A stretch of 15,816 nt of DNA, taken from IMG/VR virus record IMGVR_UViG_3300020020_000019. The stretch is one strand, 5' to 3'. A program made the translations under genes and the position numbers. This document shows, in pieces, positions 7,067 through 12,456 of this stretch (within the stretch, counting starts at the first letter, position 1; each line of letters opens with the position of its first letter). This DNA is from a virus. The notes under the pieces are model-generated. The model made no database searches and was not told the origin of the DNA. It worked only from the letters and a program-made list of their open reading frames with translations.

Positions 7067-7285
7067 ATGACATCGATGGAATCCCGACCTGACTACCTCG
7101 ACGTCGACCAAGTGATGGAGCTGCTGCACATCCGTTCGAAGACCACGCTGCACCGCTACCTCGGTGAAGGACTGCCCTCCCATCAGATCAGGCCGGGTGG
7201 CCGTCGCCTGTACGACCCCGTCGAAGTGCGTGCCTGGATCGAGTCTCGATGGAGTGAACGCAACGCAGATGACGGCGCCGCGTGA
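7067..7285 (+). CDS. Excisionase-family / MerR-like HTH DNA-binding protein (Xis or early regulator); start ambiguous (ATG 7052, 7067 or 7076)
   Basis: YLDVDQVMELLHIRSKTTLHRYLGEGLPSHQIRPGGRRLYDPVEVRAWIES matches the HTH_17 excisionase pattern (L..S..T..R......P......R.....D...W). It is divergent from int. Confidence 0.7.
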   Translation: MTSMESRPDYLDVDQVMELLHIRSKTTLHRYLGEGLPSHQIRPGGRRLYDPVEVRAWIESRWSERNADDGAA

Positions 7286-7449
7286 TCACGATCGACGTCG
7301 CCATCGCCAACGCCTACGACGCGCTCGGCGCCGCCGAACGCAATCTTGCCGCTGCCGCTGACGCGCTCCGGGCCGCGACCGAAGCGCTCGAGCTCGGCGG
7401 GGCCGCCGTCACCTACGCCCGTGGCCAGCTGCGCGAGATCGTGGAATGA
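7282..7449 (+). CDS. Small Ala-rich helical hypothetical protein (55 aa; VITIDVAIANAYDALGAAERNLAAAADALRAATEALELGGAAVTYARGQLREIVE), absent from the ORF track
   Basis: Hand translation. There is a GTGA overlap upstream and an ATGA overlap downstream. High GC3. Confidence 0.5.
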   Translation: MITIDVAIANAYDALGAAERNLAAAADALRAATEALELGGAAVTYARGQLREIVE

Positions 7450-7769
7450 GCGCCGTCAACCTGCGGGCCATGCAGTACGCCCGCACCGTCTGCATGGAGG
7501 CGCCCGACATGCGCATGGCGCCGCGGGCGCTGCTGCTACTGCTGTCCACCTACGCCGATCAGGCCGGCGTGTGCTGGCCGTCCGTTGGCACGCTCGCCAA
7601 CGTGCTCGGGCTGACCCCGGCGAACGTGCGCCGAGCTCGCCGGGACCTCGTCGGGCGCGGACTGATCGCGCTCGACGCCCGGCCCGGACACTCCTCGATC
7701 GTCCGCTTCCCGGTCGTCGCGCACACCCTCCGCGCCGTCCCCCGGGACGCCGACGAGGCCGCCGGATGA
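7446..7769 (+). CDS. Winged-helix / HTH_36-like DNA-binding protein (107 aa); candidate replication initiator or repressor
   Basis: PRALLLLLSTYADQAGVCWPSVGTLANVLGLTPANVRRARRDLVGRGLIAL resembles the PF13730-type helix-turn-helix domain seen in phage and plasmid replication or regulatory proteins (recognised from memory). Confidence 0.6.
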   Translation: MSAVNLRAMQYARTVCMEAPDMRMAPRALLLLLSTYADQAGVCWPSVGTLANVLGLTPANVRRARRDLVGRGLIALDARPGHSSIVRFPVVAHTLRAVPRDADEAAG

Positions 7770-7779
7770 CCCGCCGGGA

Positions 7780-7788
7780 TTGTCCACA
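7780..7788 (+). promoter_or_regulatory. Exact match to the high-GC actinobacterial DnaA-box consensus TTGTCCACA
   Basis: The sequence ttgtccaca lies 10 nt after the HTH_36-like gene stop and directly abuts the palindrome array. It is a single copy, so a chance match is possible. Confidence 0.35.
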
Positions 7789-7890
7789 CCCCGCGCGGTG
7801 GCGCGCGGGGTCGCGGCCCCTGACCCCGCGCGGTACCGCGCGGGGGGGGCGCGCGGCACCGCGCGGGGGGGGCGCGCGGTACCGCGCGCC
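7789..7890. repeat. Array of four GC-only palindromes (CCCCGCGCG-gtgg-CGCGCGGGG, then three CGCGCGG(T/C)ACCGCGCG) with two G8 spacers; includes two tandem 23-bp units
   Basis: The four elements lie at 7789-7810 (9-bp arms), 7824-7845 (perfect 22-bp palindrome), 7850-7865 (one central mismatch) and 7871-7890 (perfect 20-bp palindrome). Tandem units GGGGGGGGCGCGCGGYACCGCGC lie at 7842-7864 and 7865-7887. No credible ORF covers the region. Confidence 0.85.
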
Positions 7891-7922
7891 AGAACAAACC
7901 AATGAACAGACCAGTAGAACAA
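7891..7922. repeat. AT-richer segment with three GAACA direct repeats spaced 12-13 bp (7892, 7904, 7917)
   Basis: aGAACAaa / tGAACAga / aGAACAag. This is one of the AT-richest stretches of the window, adjacent to the GC palindromes. Confidence 0.5.
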
Positions 7923-7980
7923 GGGCTTTCATCCCGCTACGCGCGCCAGCGACGCCGCGACGATCGGTGAGCCTTTCGTC

Positions 7981-8190
7981 ATGACCGCTCGGGAACTGTT
8001 CGAGGAGCTCTGTCGCCTACACGACCGGCACGACCTCGGATTCGTTCGATACACCGACGCGCTGCGGATCGTCGGCGGCGCTCACATCACCGCGCAACGT
8101 CTGCTCCAGGAGCTCGTCGAGTCCGAGATGATCGTCTGGCAATCAAACGGGATGATCATCCCCATGCGACGAAAGGCCGAGAGTGCCTGA
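7981..8190 (+). CDS. Hypothetical early protein (69 aa), possibly winged-helix
   Basis: ATG-initiated ORF with coherent helical sequence (ITAQRLLQELVESEMIVWQSNGMIIP). GC is lower than in the structural genes. The stop TGA lies inside the first copy of the junction motif. Confidence 0.55.
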   Translation: MTARELFEELCRLHDRHDLGFVRYTDALRIVGGAHITAQRLLQELVESEMIVWQSNGMIIPMRRKAESA

Positions 8191-8461
8191 CGAACCGCTG
8201 TTCGTTTCCGATCCTGACCGCGACGTGACGATGGCGCTCTACACCGCGCTGTACGTAGACGAGGGTATGGCGACGGTGGCCGCTCGACGGGTGGCGGTCC
8301 GATGGTCGCGGCCGATCGCTGTCATCGGTGCGGGTGTTCACTCGATCGGCGCGTCACCGTTCAGCGGCGAGCGGGTGTGGGCGATGTTCGATCTGACCGA
8401 GGACGACACGGGCGAAGTACGTCGCCGGGCAATCGTCGTTGTGGAGTCGGGCAATGGCTGA
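8183..8461 (+). CDS. Hypothetical early protein (92 aa) starting M-P-D-E-P-L-F
   Basis: GTG 8183 is preceded by GAAAGG. There is an 8-nt overlap with the upstream gene (GTGCCTGA). The start context is identical to the next two genes. Confidence 0.55.
   Translation: MPDEPLFVSDPDRDVTMALYTALYVDEGMATVAARRVAVRWSRPIAVIGAGVHSIGASPFSGERVWAMFDLTEDDTGEVRRRAIVVVESGNG
8187..8203 (+). repeat. Gene-junction motif, copy 1: CTGACGAACCGCTGTTC
   Basis: Identical 17-mer to copy 2. It begins at codon 2 of the downstream gene and contains the upstream gene's stop. Confidence 0.9.
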
Positions 8462-8666
8462 CGAACCGCTGTTCAATTCCGGTGTGTTGCACCCTGAGCA
8501 CATAGCAATCGAGCCGCAGTCGATCGACGAGGCGCGGCTACAGATGTGCGCTCAGCTTCACCATGCGATGTACGGCGGGGTGTGGGCTCGACCAGAGTCA
8601 CCCGCCGTCATGTGGGCCGAGATGCTCGACCGCATCGACCGTGCCGCACGGCAGTTCCGCCGATGA
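8454..8666 (+). CDS. Hypothetical early protein (70 aa) starting M-A-D-E-P-L-F
   Basis: ATG 8454 has GGAG 7 nt upstream. There is an 8-nt overlap with the upstream gene (ATGGCTGA). Confidence 0.55.
   Translation: MADEPLFNSGVLHPEHIAIEPQSIDEARLQMCAQLHHAMYGGVWARPESPAVMWAEMLDRIDRAARQFRR
8458..8474 (+). repeat. Gene-junction motif, copy 2: CTGACGAACCGCTGTTC
   Basis: 17/17 identical to copy 1, with the same position relative to start and stop codons. Confidence 0.9.
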
Positions 8667-8806
8667 CTGACGAACCGCTGTCCATCAGCGCCGCGCTCGA
8701 GGTCGTCGACGCGGAGACCCTCGACCCGCTCGTCTGGCCCGATGAGGTCGCGGCGCTACGTGTGCTCGCCGCCGAAGTGCGGCGTCTACGGGAATCGGAG
8801 CAATGA
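8663..8806 (+). CDS. Hypothetical early protein (47 aa) starting M-T-D-E-P-L-S
   Basis: ATG 8663 overlaps the upstream stop (ATGA). The sequence is an amphipathic helix. GC3 drops over the last ~20 codons, where frame 0 (the next gene) has better GC3. Confidence 0.45.
   Translation: MTDEPLSISAALEVVDAETLDPLVWPDEVAALRVLAAEVRRLRESEQ
8667..8683 (+). repeat. Gene-junction motif, copy 3: CTGACGAACCGCTGTCC
   Basis: 16/17 identical to copies 1 and 2, again starting at codon 2 of a small ORF. Confidence 0.9.
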
Positions 8807-9074
8807 GTCCCGTTGCATCTGCATCGATCGCGCTAGCGTTCGATCCGTGGCCGGTCGTCCACCGCTCGCTCTCCCATCGCACGGGACCCGGGCCCGGTAC
8901 CAGTCCCGTCAAGGTGCCTGCCGGTGCCTGCCGTGCCGGCAGGCGAATGCGGGCTATCAGGCCGCCTATCGGTCGGGTGCCGTCCGCGAGACCTCGGCGG
9001 TCTCGGCCGATGGGCGCGGCGTACAGCTCACGCTCCCGACGCATGAGCACCACGTCATCCGCGCCGGGCGGTGA
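8742..9074 (+). CDS. Cysteine-motif (HGT..Y...C-x-C-x2-C) small protein, probable zinc-binding DNA-binding partner or N-terminal module of the HNH endonuclease; start uncertain (ATG 8742, GTG 8760 or GTG 8847)
   Basis: The frame contains SHGTRARYQSRQGACRCLPCRQANAGYQAAYR, a motif I recall as recurrent in actinophage HNH-associated and DNA-binding proteins. GC3 is better than in competing frames. The stop overlaps the HNH start (GTGA). Confidence 0.5.
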   Translation: MRSRRYVCSPPKCGVYGNRSNESRCICIDRASVRSVAGRPPLALPSHGTRARYQSRQGACRCLPCRQANAGYQAAYRSGAVRETSAVSADGRGVQLTLPTHEHHVIRAGR

Positions 9075-9331
9075 ACCCGTACCGCGACCCGGAGCACCGG
9101 GCCGCCGTGGCCGCCCTGCACCGGCATCCCGTCATCTGCCGGTGTGGGGCGACGGCCACGACGATCGATCACGTGCCGCCGCTGGCCCTGCACCGTCACC
9201 GCCGCGGTTCGGGGTGCTGTGTCGGTGTGCCGCGTTGCGCGCCGTGCAACTACGGGGCCGGGGCGCGCATCGCCGCGGTCCGTCGGCGCGCGTTCGCGCG
9301 TCGACGTCCGAACGCGTCGCGCGTCTGGTGA
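9071..9331 (+). CDS. HNH endonuclease (86 aa)
   Basis: CRCG...IDHVPPLALH...CAPCN gives the CxC / DH / CxxCN beta-beta-alpha-metal layout. It lies just upstream of the terminase genes, as in HK97-like cos phages. Confidence 0.75.
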   Translation: MNPYRDPEHRAAVAALHRHPVICRCGATATTIDHVPPLALHRHRRGSGCCVGVPRCAPCNYGAGARIAAVRRRAFARRRPNASRVW

Positions 9332-9345
9332 CGTCGCGGATTTTT
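9302..9345 (+). terminator. Candidate intrinsic terminator at the end of the early operon (7-bp outer stem cgacgtc/gacgtcg, inner acgcg-tcg-cgcgt hairpin, then T5 run at 9341-9345)
   Basis: Complementarity was checked by hand. The T5 run is one of very few T-runs in the window. The stem is modest and the loop is long. Confidence 0.3.
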
Positions 9346-9422
9346 GGGGCTCGTGGCGGGCACCGCCGCTCCCCCACCTGTCTCTCTCCGATGGGGGTCA
9401 TGACCCTCGAATATGTGATTAC
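9346..9422. promoter_or_regulatory. Structured non-coding region between HNH and small terminase; candidate cos / packaging-recognition and late control region
   Basis: Elements present: hairpin ccccca-(15 nt polypyrimidine loop)-tggggg at 9371-9397, a perfect 12-bp palindrome GGGTCATGACCC at 9395-9406, and the ATGTGATTA motif at 9413-9421. The position is typical of cos in HNH-dependent packaging systems. Confidence 0.4.
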
Positions 9423-9779
9423 ATGACCGGCCGCCGGCCCGGCCAGGCCCCGCTGTTCCCGCCGGATCCGCCCGGATCGCGCCGGATCGGCCGGGTTCGC
9501 CGTGGATGGGACGTGACCGTGCGAGCTCTGCGGGCGACGGGCCGGCTGGAGCCGTTCGACGAGGCCGTGATCCGTCTCGGCCGGGTCGTCGCCGATCAGG
9601 CCGACGCCATCGAGCACGACCCCGAGCAGTCGCCGTTCGTGCGCAACGCCCTGTACAAGACGATGCTGACGACGATCATCACCCTGCGCGACCAAACCCG
9701 ACCCGATGCTGACACTGCCTCCCTCGACGACCTGCTCGCCGCTCTGGTGCACCTCGAGGACGCCGGCCCGGCCGAGTGA
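9423..9779 (+). CDS. terS: Terminase small subunit (118 aa)
   Basis: ATG 9423. The sequence (VRALRATGRLEPFDEAVIRLGRVVADQADAIE...) resembles P27-family small terminases. It lies directly upstream of and overlaps the large terminase. Confidence 0.6.
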   Translation: MTGRRPGQAPLFPPDPPGSRRIGRVRRGWDVTVRALRATGRLEPFDEAVIRLGRVVADQADAIEHDPEQSPFVRNALYKTMLTTIITLRDQTRPDADTASLDDLLAALVHLEDAGPAE

Positions 9780-11124
9780 CGGCGCCCATGTCGCCGCGTT
9801 CGCCCGGGCCATCGGCCGCCCGCTGATCCCGTGGCAACGCGACGTCGCCGACCTGACCGGCGAGCGCGACCCGGCGACTGGTCTGCCCGCGTATTCAAGG
9901 GTGGTCTTGATTGCGCCGCGCCGGGCCGGCAAATCGGCGCTGATGCTGGCCCGCGCCCTGGCCACGATCCGCGCCCCGCACGGCCGGGCGTTCTACACCT
10001 CGGCGCATCGGGAGAACGCGGCGCGGATGTGGCGCGACGACTGGTTTCCGACCGTCGAACGTTCCGCCCTCGGCCCCTACACGCGCCTCGTCTACGGCAA
10101 CGGGTCCGAGACCATCGCCTACCGCAAGGGTCTCGGCGGGTCGACGTTCCGTCTCGTCGCCGCCAGCGGTGACGCCATCCGCGGCGCGGCGACGAACCTC
10201 GTCATCATCGACGAGGCCCGCGGGCTCAGTGTCGACGAGGGTGACGAGCTCGAGCGGGCCGTGTTCCCGACGCAGGCCACCGGGGCCGGCGGGCAGACGT
10301 GGATCGTGTCGAACGCCGGCACCGCGGCATCGGCATGGCTGGCCCGCTGGCGCGACCTCGGCCGCCAGGCCGTCGCCGAGGGACGCACGTCGCGGCTTGC
10401 CTACGTCGAGTACGCCGCCCCACCGGACGCTGACCCGGCCGACGAAGCGACCTGGTGGCGGGCCCATCCCGGGCTCGGCCATCACGTCAACCTCGACGCC
10501 TTGCGCGCCGATTACGAGGTCATGGCCCCGGACGCGTTCGCCTGCGAGTACCTCGGCTGGTGGCCCGAGACCCTCGTCGACACCGTTCTCGTCGACGCCT
10601 GGCTCGCCGGGGTCGCCGACGTCGCCCTCGTCGACCCGGTCGTGTTCGCCCTCGAGGTCGACGAGGACCGCACGACCGCCTCGATCGTCGCCGCCGGCAG
10701 CGGCGGGGACGACCGGGTCGTCGTCGAGCTCGTCGAGCACCGCCCTCATGGGCCGTGGGTCGGCCCGCGTCTCGTCGAGCTCGCCGAACGCTGGTCGCCG
10801 ATGGCCGTGGTGTGGGATGCCGGCGGCCCGGCCGGCGCCCTGGCCCCCGAGCTCGTCGAGGTCCCGACCCGCCTCGTCCCCTACCGCACCGCCGAGGTCA
10901 CCGCCGCCGCCGGCTGGTTCTACGACCGTGTCGTGTACACCGCCGATGTCGTGCACCGCGCCGATGTCGACCTCGACGGCGCGATTGCCGCCGCCCGGCG
11001 TCGTCGGGCCGGCGGCGCCTGGCTGTTCGACCGTCGCCAGCCCGGCGCCTGCCCGTTGATCGCGGCGACGATGGCCGTGTGGGCGCACCGCGACGCCACC
11101 CTCGGCCGTCCGAGCGTCACCTGA
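9706..11124 (+). CDS. terL: Terminase large subunit (472 aa)
   Basis: Walker A is present in VLIAPRRAGKSAL and Walker B in LVIIDEA, with a C-terminal nuclease-like region. ATG 9706 is the only canonical in-frame start upstream of Walker A, giving a 74-nt overlap with terS. Confidence 0.85.
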   Translation: MLTLPPSTTCSPLWCTSRTPARPSDGAHVAAFARAIGRPLIPWQRDVADLTGERDPATGLPAYSRVVLIAPRRAGKSALMLARALATIRAPHGRAFYTSAHRENAARMWRDDWFPTVERSALGPYTRLVYGNGSETIAYRKGLGGSTFRLVAASGDAIRGAATNLVIIDEARGLSVDEGDELERAVFPTQATGAGGQTWIVSNAGTAASAWLARWRDLGRQAVAEGRTSRLAYVEYAAPPDADPADEATWWRAHPGLGHHVNLDALRADYEVMAPDAFACEYLGWWPETLVDTVLVDAWLAGVADVALVDPVVFALEVDEDRTTASIVAAGSGGDDRVVVELVEHRPHGPWVGPRLVELAERWSPMAVVWDAGGPAGALAPELVEVPTRLVPYRTAEVTAAAGWFYDRVVYTADVVHRADVDLDGAIAAARRRRAGGAWLFDRRQPGACPLIAATMAVWAHRDATLGRPSVT

Positions 11125-11169
11125 CCCCGTAATCGGGGGGCCGCTGGCCGCTCTGTGGCCGCCAGAGCG
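11125..11169 (+). other. Two hairpins immediately after terL (ccccg-taat-cgggg at 11125-11138; cgctctg-tggccgc-cagagcg at 11149-11169)
   Basis: Perfect 5-bp and 7-bp stems were verified by hand. They form part of an unusual 150-nt non-coding gap in an otherwise tightly packed operon. Confidence 0.5.
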
Positions 11170-11274
11170 ACGAAACGGACCCCGCCTGGTACCTCAGTGC
11201 GGGCAAACCGGCTACGGGCCCCTGGTGACGCGTTATAGACGGCGCGGCGCGCGTTACATCACGGTTTGCGCCAG

Positions 11275-12456
11275 ATGGGCCGCCGTTCTGCCGCCCGCGC
11301 CAAGGCCGCCGAGGCCCGCGCCGCCGCCGATGGCAACCTCGGCGCCATCGAGCGGATCATCGCCGACGCTCAGGCCCGCCGCGAACGCCTCGGCGATCTG
11401 TCCCCGTTCGAGCTGCCGATCGTCGTCGCCTGCCGCCAGCTCGTCGCCGACACCGTGGCGCAGCTCCCGTTCGTCAACTTCCGCGGCAACCTGCCGACCG
11501 CGGAGCAACCGCCGATCGTGATCCGCCCCGATCCGTGGGAGCCGCGCTGGCAGACGATGCACCGTCTCGTCATGAACCTGACCGGCCCCGGCTACGTGTG
11601 GCTGATCCCGACCGCGTTCTACGCCGACGGTGTCACCCCGGCCGCCGTGCGTGTCGTCGACGCCGCCGAGGCCGCCGGCACGTTCGACCCGTCCGGCCGG
11701 CTCGAGCGGATCATCTGGCAGGGCAAGCGCTACGAGCCGGGTCCGACCGGCGCGGTGTGGGTCCCGTGGCGCGTCGAACGGGTCGGCACCCTCGGCTCGG
11801 GCCCGATCGGGTCGTGCGTCCGGGCCGTCGAGTACCTCGCCGCCCTGTGGCAGATGGCCGGATCATTCTGGGAGGCCGGGTTCCCGTCGATCGCCCTGGT
11901 CATCGAACAGGCCCTCTCGACGACGCAGAAACGGGAGGCCAAAGAAGAGATGCTCGGCGCGTTCGCCCGCCGGCACGAACCGGCCGTCGTCGACCGTGGC
12001 GGCCGCCTCGAGGCGATCGGATCGAACGCCGTCGACTCGCAGCTCGTCGAGTCGATCGAGGTCGCCAATGCCGAGGTCGCCCGAGCGTTCGGGGTCATGC
12101 CGTCGCTGGTCAACGTGCGCGCCGGGGACTCCCTCACCTACGCGACGACCGAGGCCGAACTGTCGAAGTGGCTCAAGCTCGGATTGGGCGCCTACCTGAT
12201 GCGCATCGAGGCCGGGTTCTCCGAGCTGCGCCCGCTCGGCCAGCATGTCCGCGCCGACACCTCGGCCTTGCTGCGCACCGACCTCAGCGCCCGCTACGGC
12301 GCCTACTCGGTGGCCCTCGGCCGCTGGCTGACCGTCGACGAGGTGCGCGCCGCTGAATCGTTGCGTCCGATGCCGGCCGGCACGTTCCCCGGCGAGCCGA
12401 CGTCGCCGGCCGTCACCCCGTCCCCGTTCCTCGACCCGTCAGGAGTACTCCCGTGA
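11275..12456 (+). CDS. Portal protein (393 aa; alternative TTG start at 11266)
   Basis: The size and the position between terminase and protease/capsid fit a portal. High GC3. The stop overlaps the next GTG start. The family was not confirmed by a named motif. Confidence 0.7.
   Translation: MGRRSAARAKAAEARAAADGNLGAIERIIADAQARRERLGDLSPFELPIVVACRQLVADTVAQLPFVNFRGNLPTAEQPPIVIRPDPWEPRWQTMHRLVMNLTGPGYVWLIPTAFYADGVTPAAVRVVDAAEAAGTFDPSGRLERIIWQGKRYEPGPTGAVWVPWRVERVGTLGSGPIGSCVRAVEYLAALWQMAGSFWEAGFPSIALVIEQALSTTQKREAKEEMLGAFARRHEPAVVDRGGRLEAIGSNAVDSQLVESIEVANAEVARAFGVMPSLVNVRAGDSLTYATTEAELSKWLKLGLGAYLMRIEAGFSELRPLGQHVRADTSALLRTDLSARYGAYSVALGRWLTVDEVRAAESLRPMPAGTFPGEPTSPAVTPSPFLDPSGVLP

Noticed and set aside
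6131-7183. 350-aa reverse-strand ORF in an alternative frame over the integrase
   Set aside because: The translation is Arg/Pro-rich junk. The 6175-7053 frame contains the complete tyrosine-recombinase catalytic signature.
7842-7887. CRISPR-like repeats
   Set aside because: The 23-bp units are directly adjacent with no spacers, and there are only two full copies. This is a tandem palindromic repeat, not a CRISPR array.
7346-7984. Long ORFs crossing the palindrome array: 212 aa on + (7346-7984) and 158 aa on - (7456-7932, starting with a signal-peptide-like MKALVLLVCSLVCSGA)
   Set aside because: Both are held open only by the GC-only repeats and encode Arg/Pro/Gly runs. They overlap the well-supported HTH_36-like gene. 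The signal-like start on the reverse strand has no lipobox or mature domain behind it.
8803-9426. 207-aa forward ORF whose ATG is ATGA-coupled to the preceding gene
   Set aside because: After about 25 residues it is Arg/Pro/Ser-rich. It runs through the HNH gene and the non-coding cos-like region. The competing frames carry the Cys motif and the HNH motif.
9895-11088. 397-aa reverse-strand ORF antisense to the large terminase
   Set aside because: Shadow ORF with Arg/Gly/Pro-rich composition. The forward frame carries Walker A and B motifs.
11125-11274. Hidden tRNA or small protein gene in the terL-portal gap
   Set aside because: No cloverleaf or T-loop is present. The only ORF (11225-11521) translates to Arg/Pro/Ala junk overlapping the portal gene out of frame.
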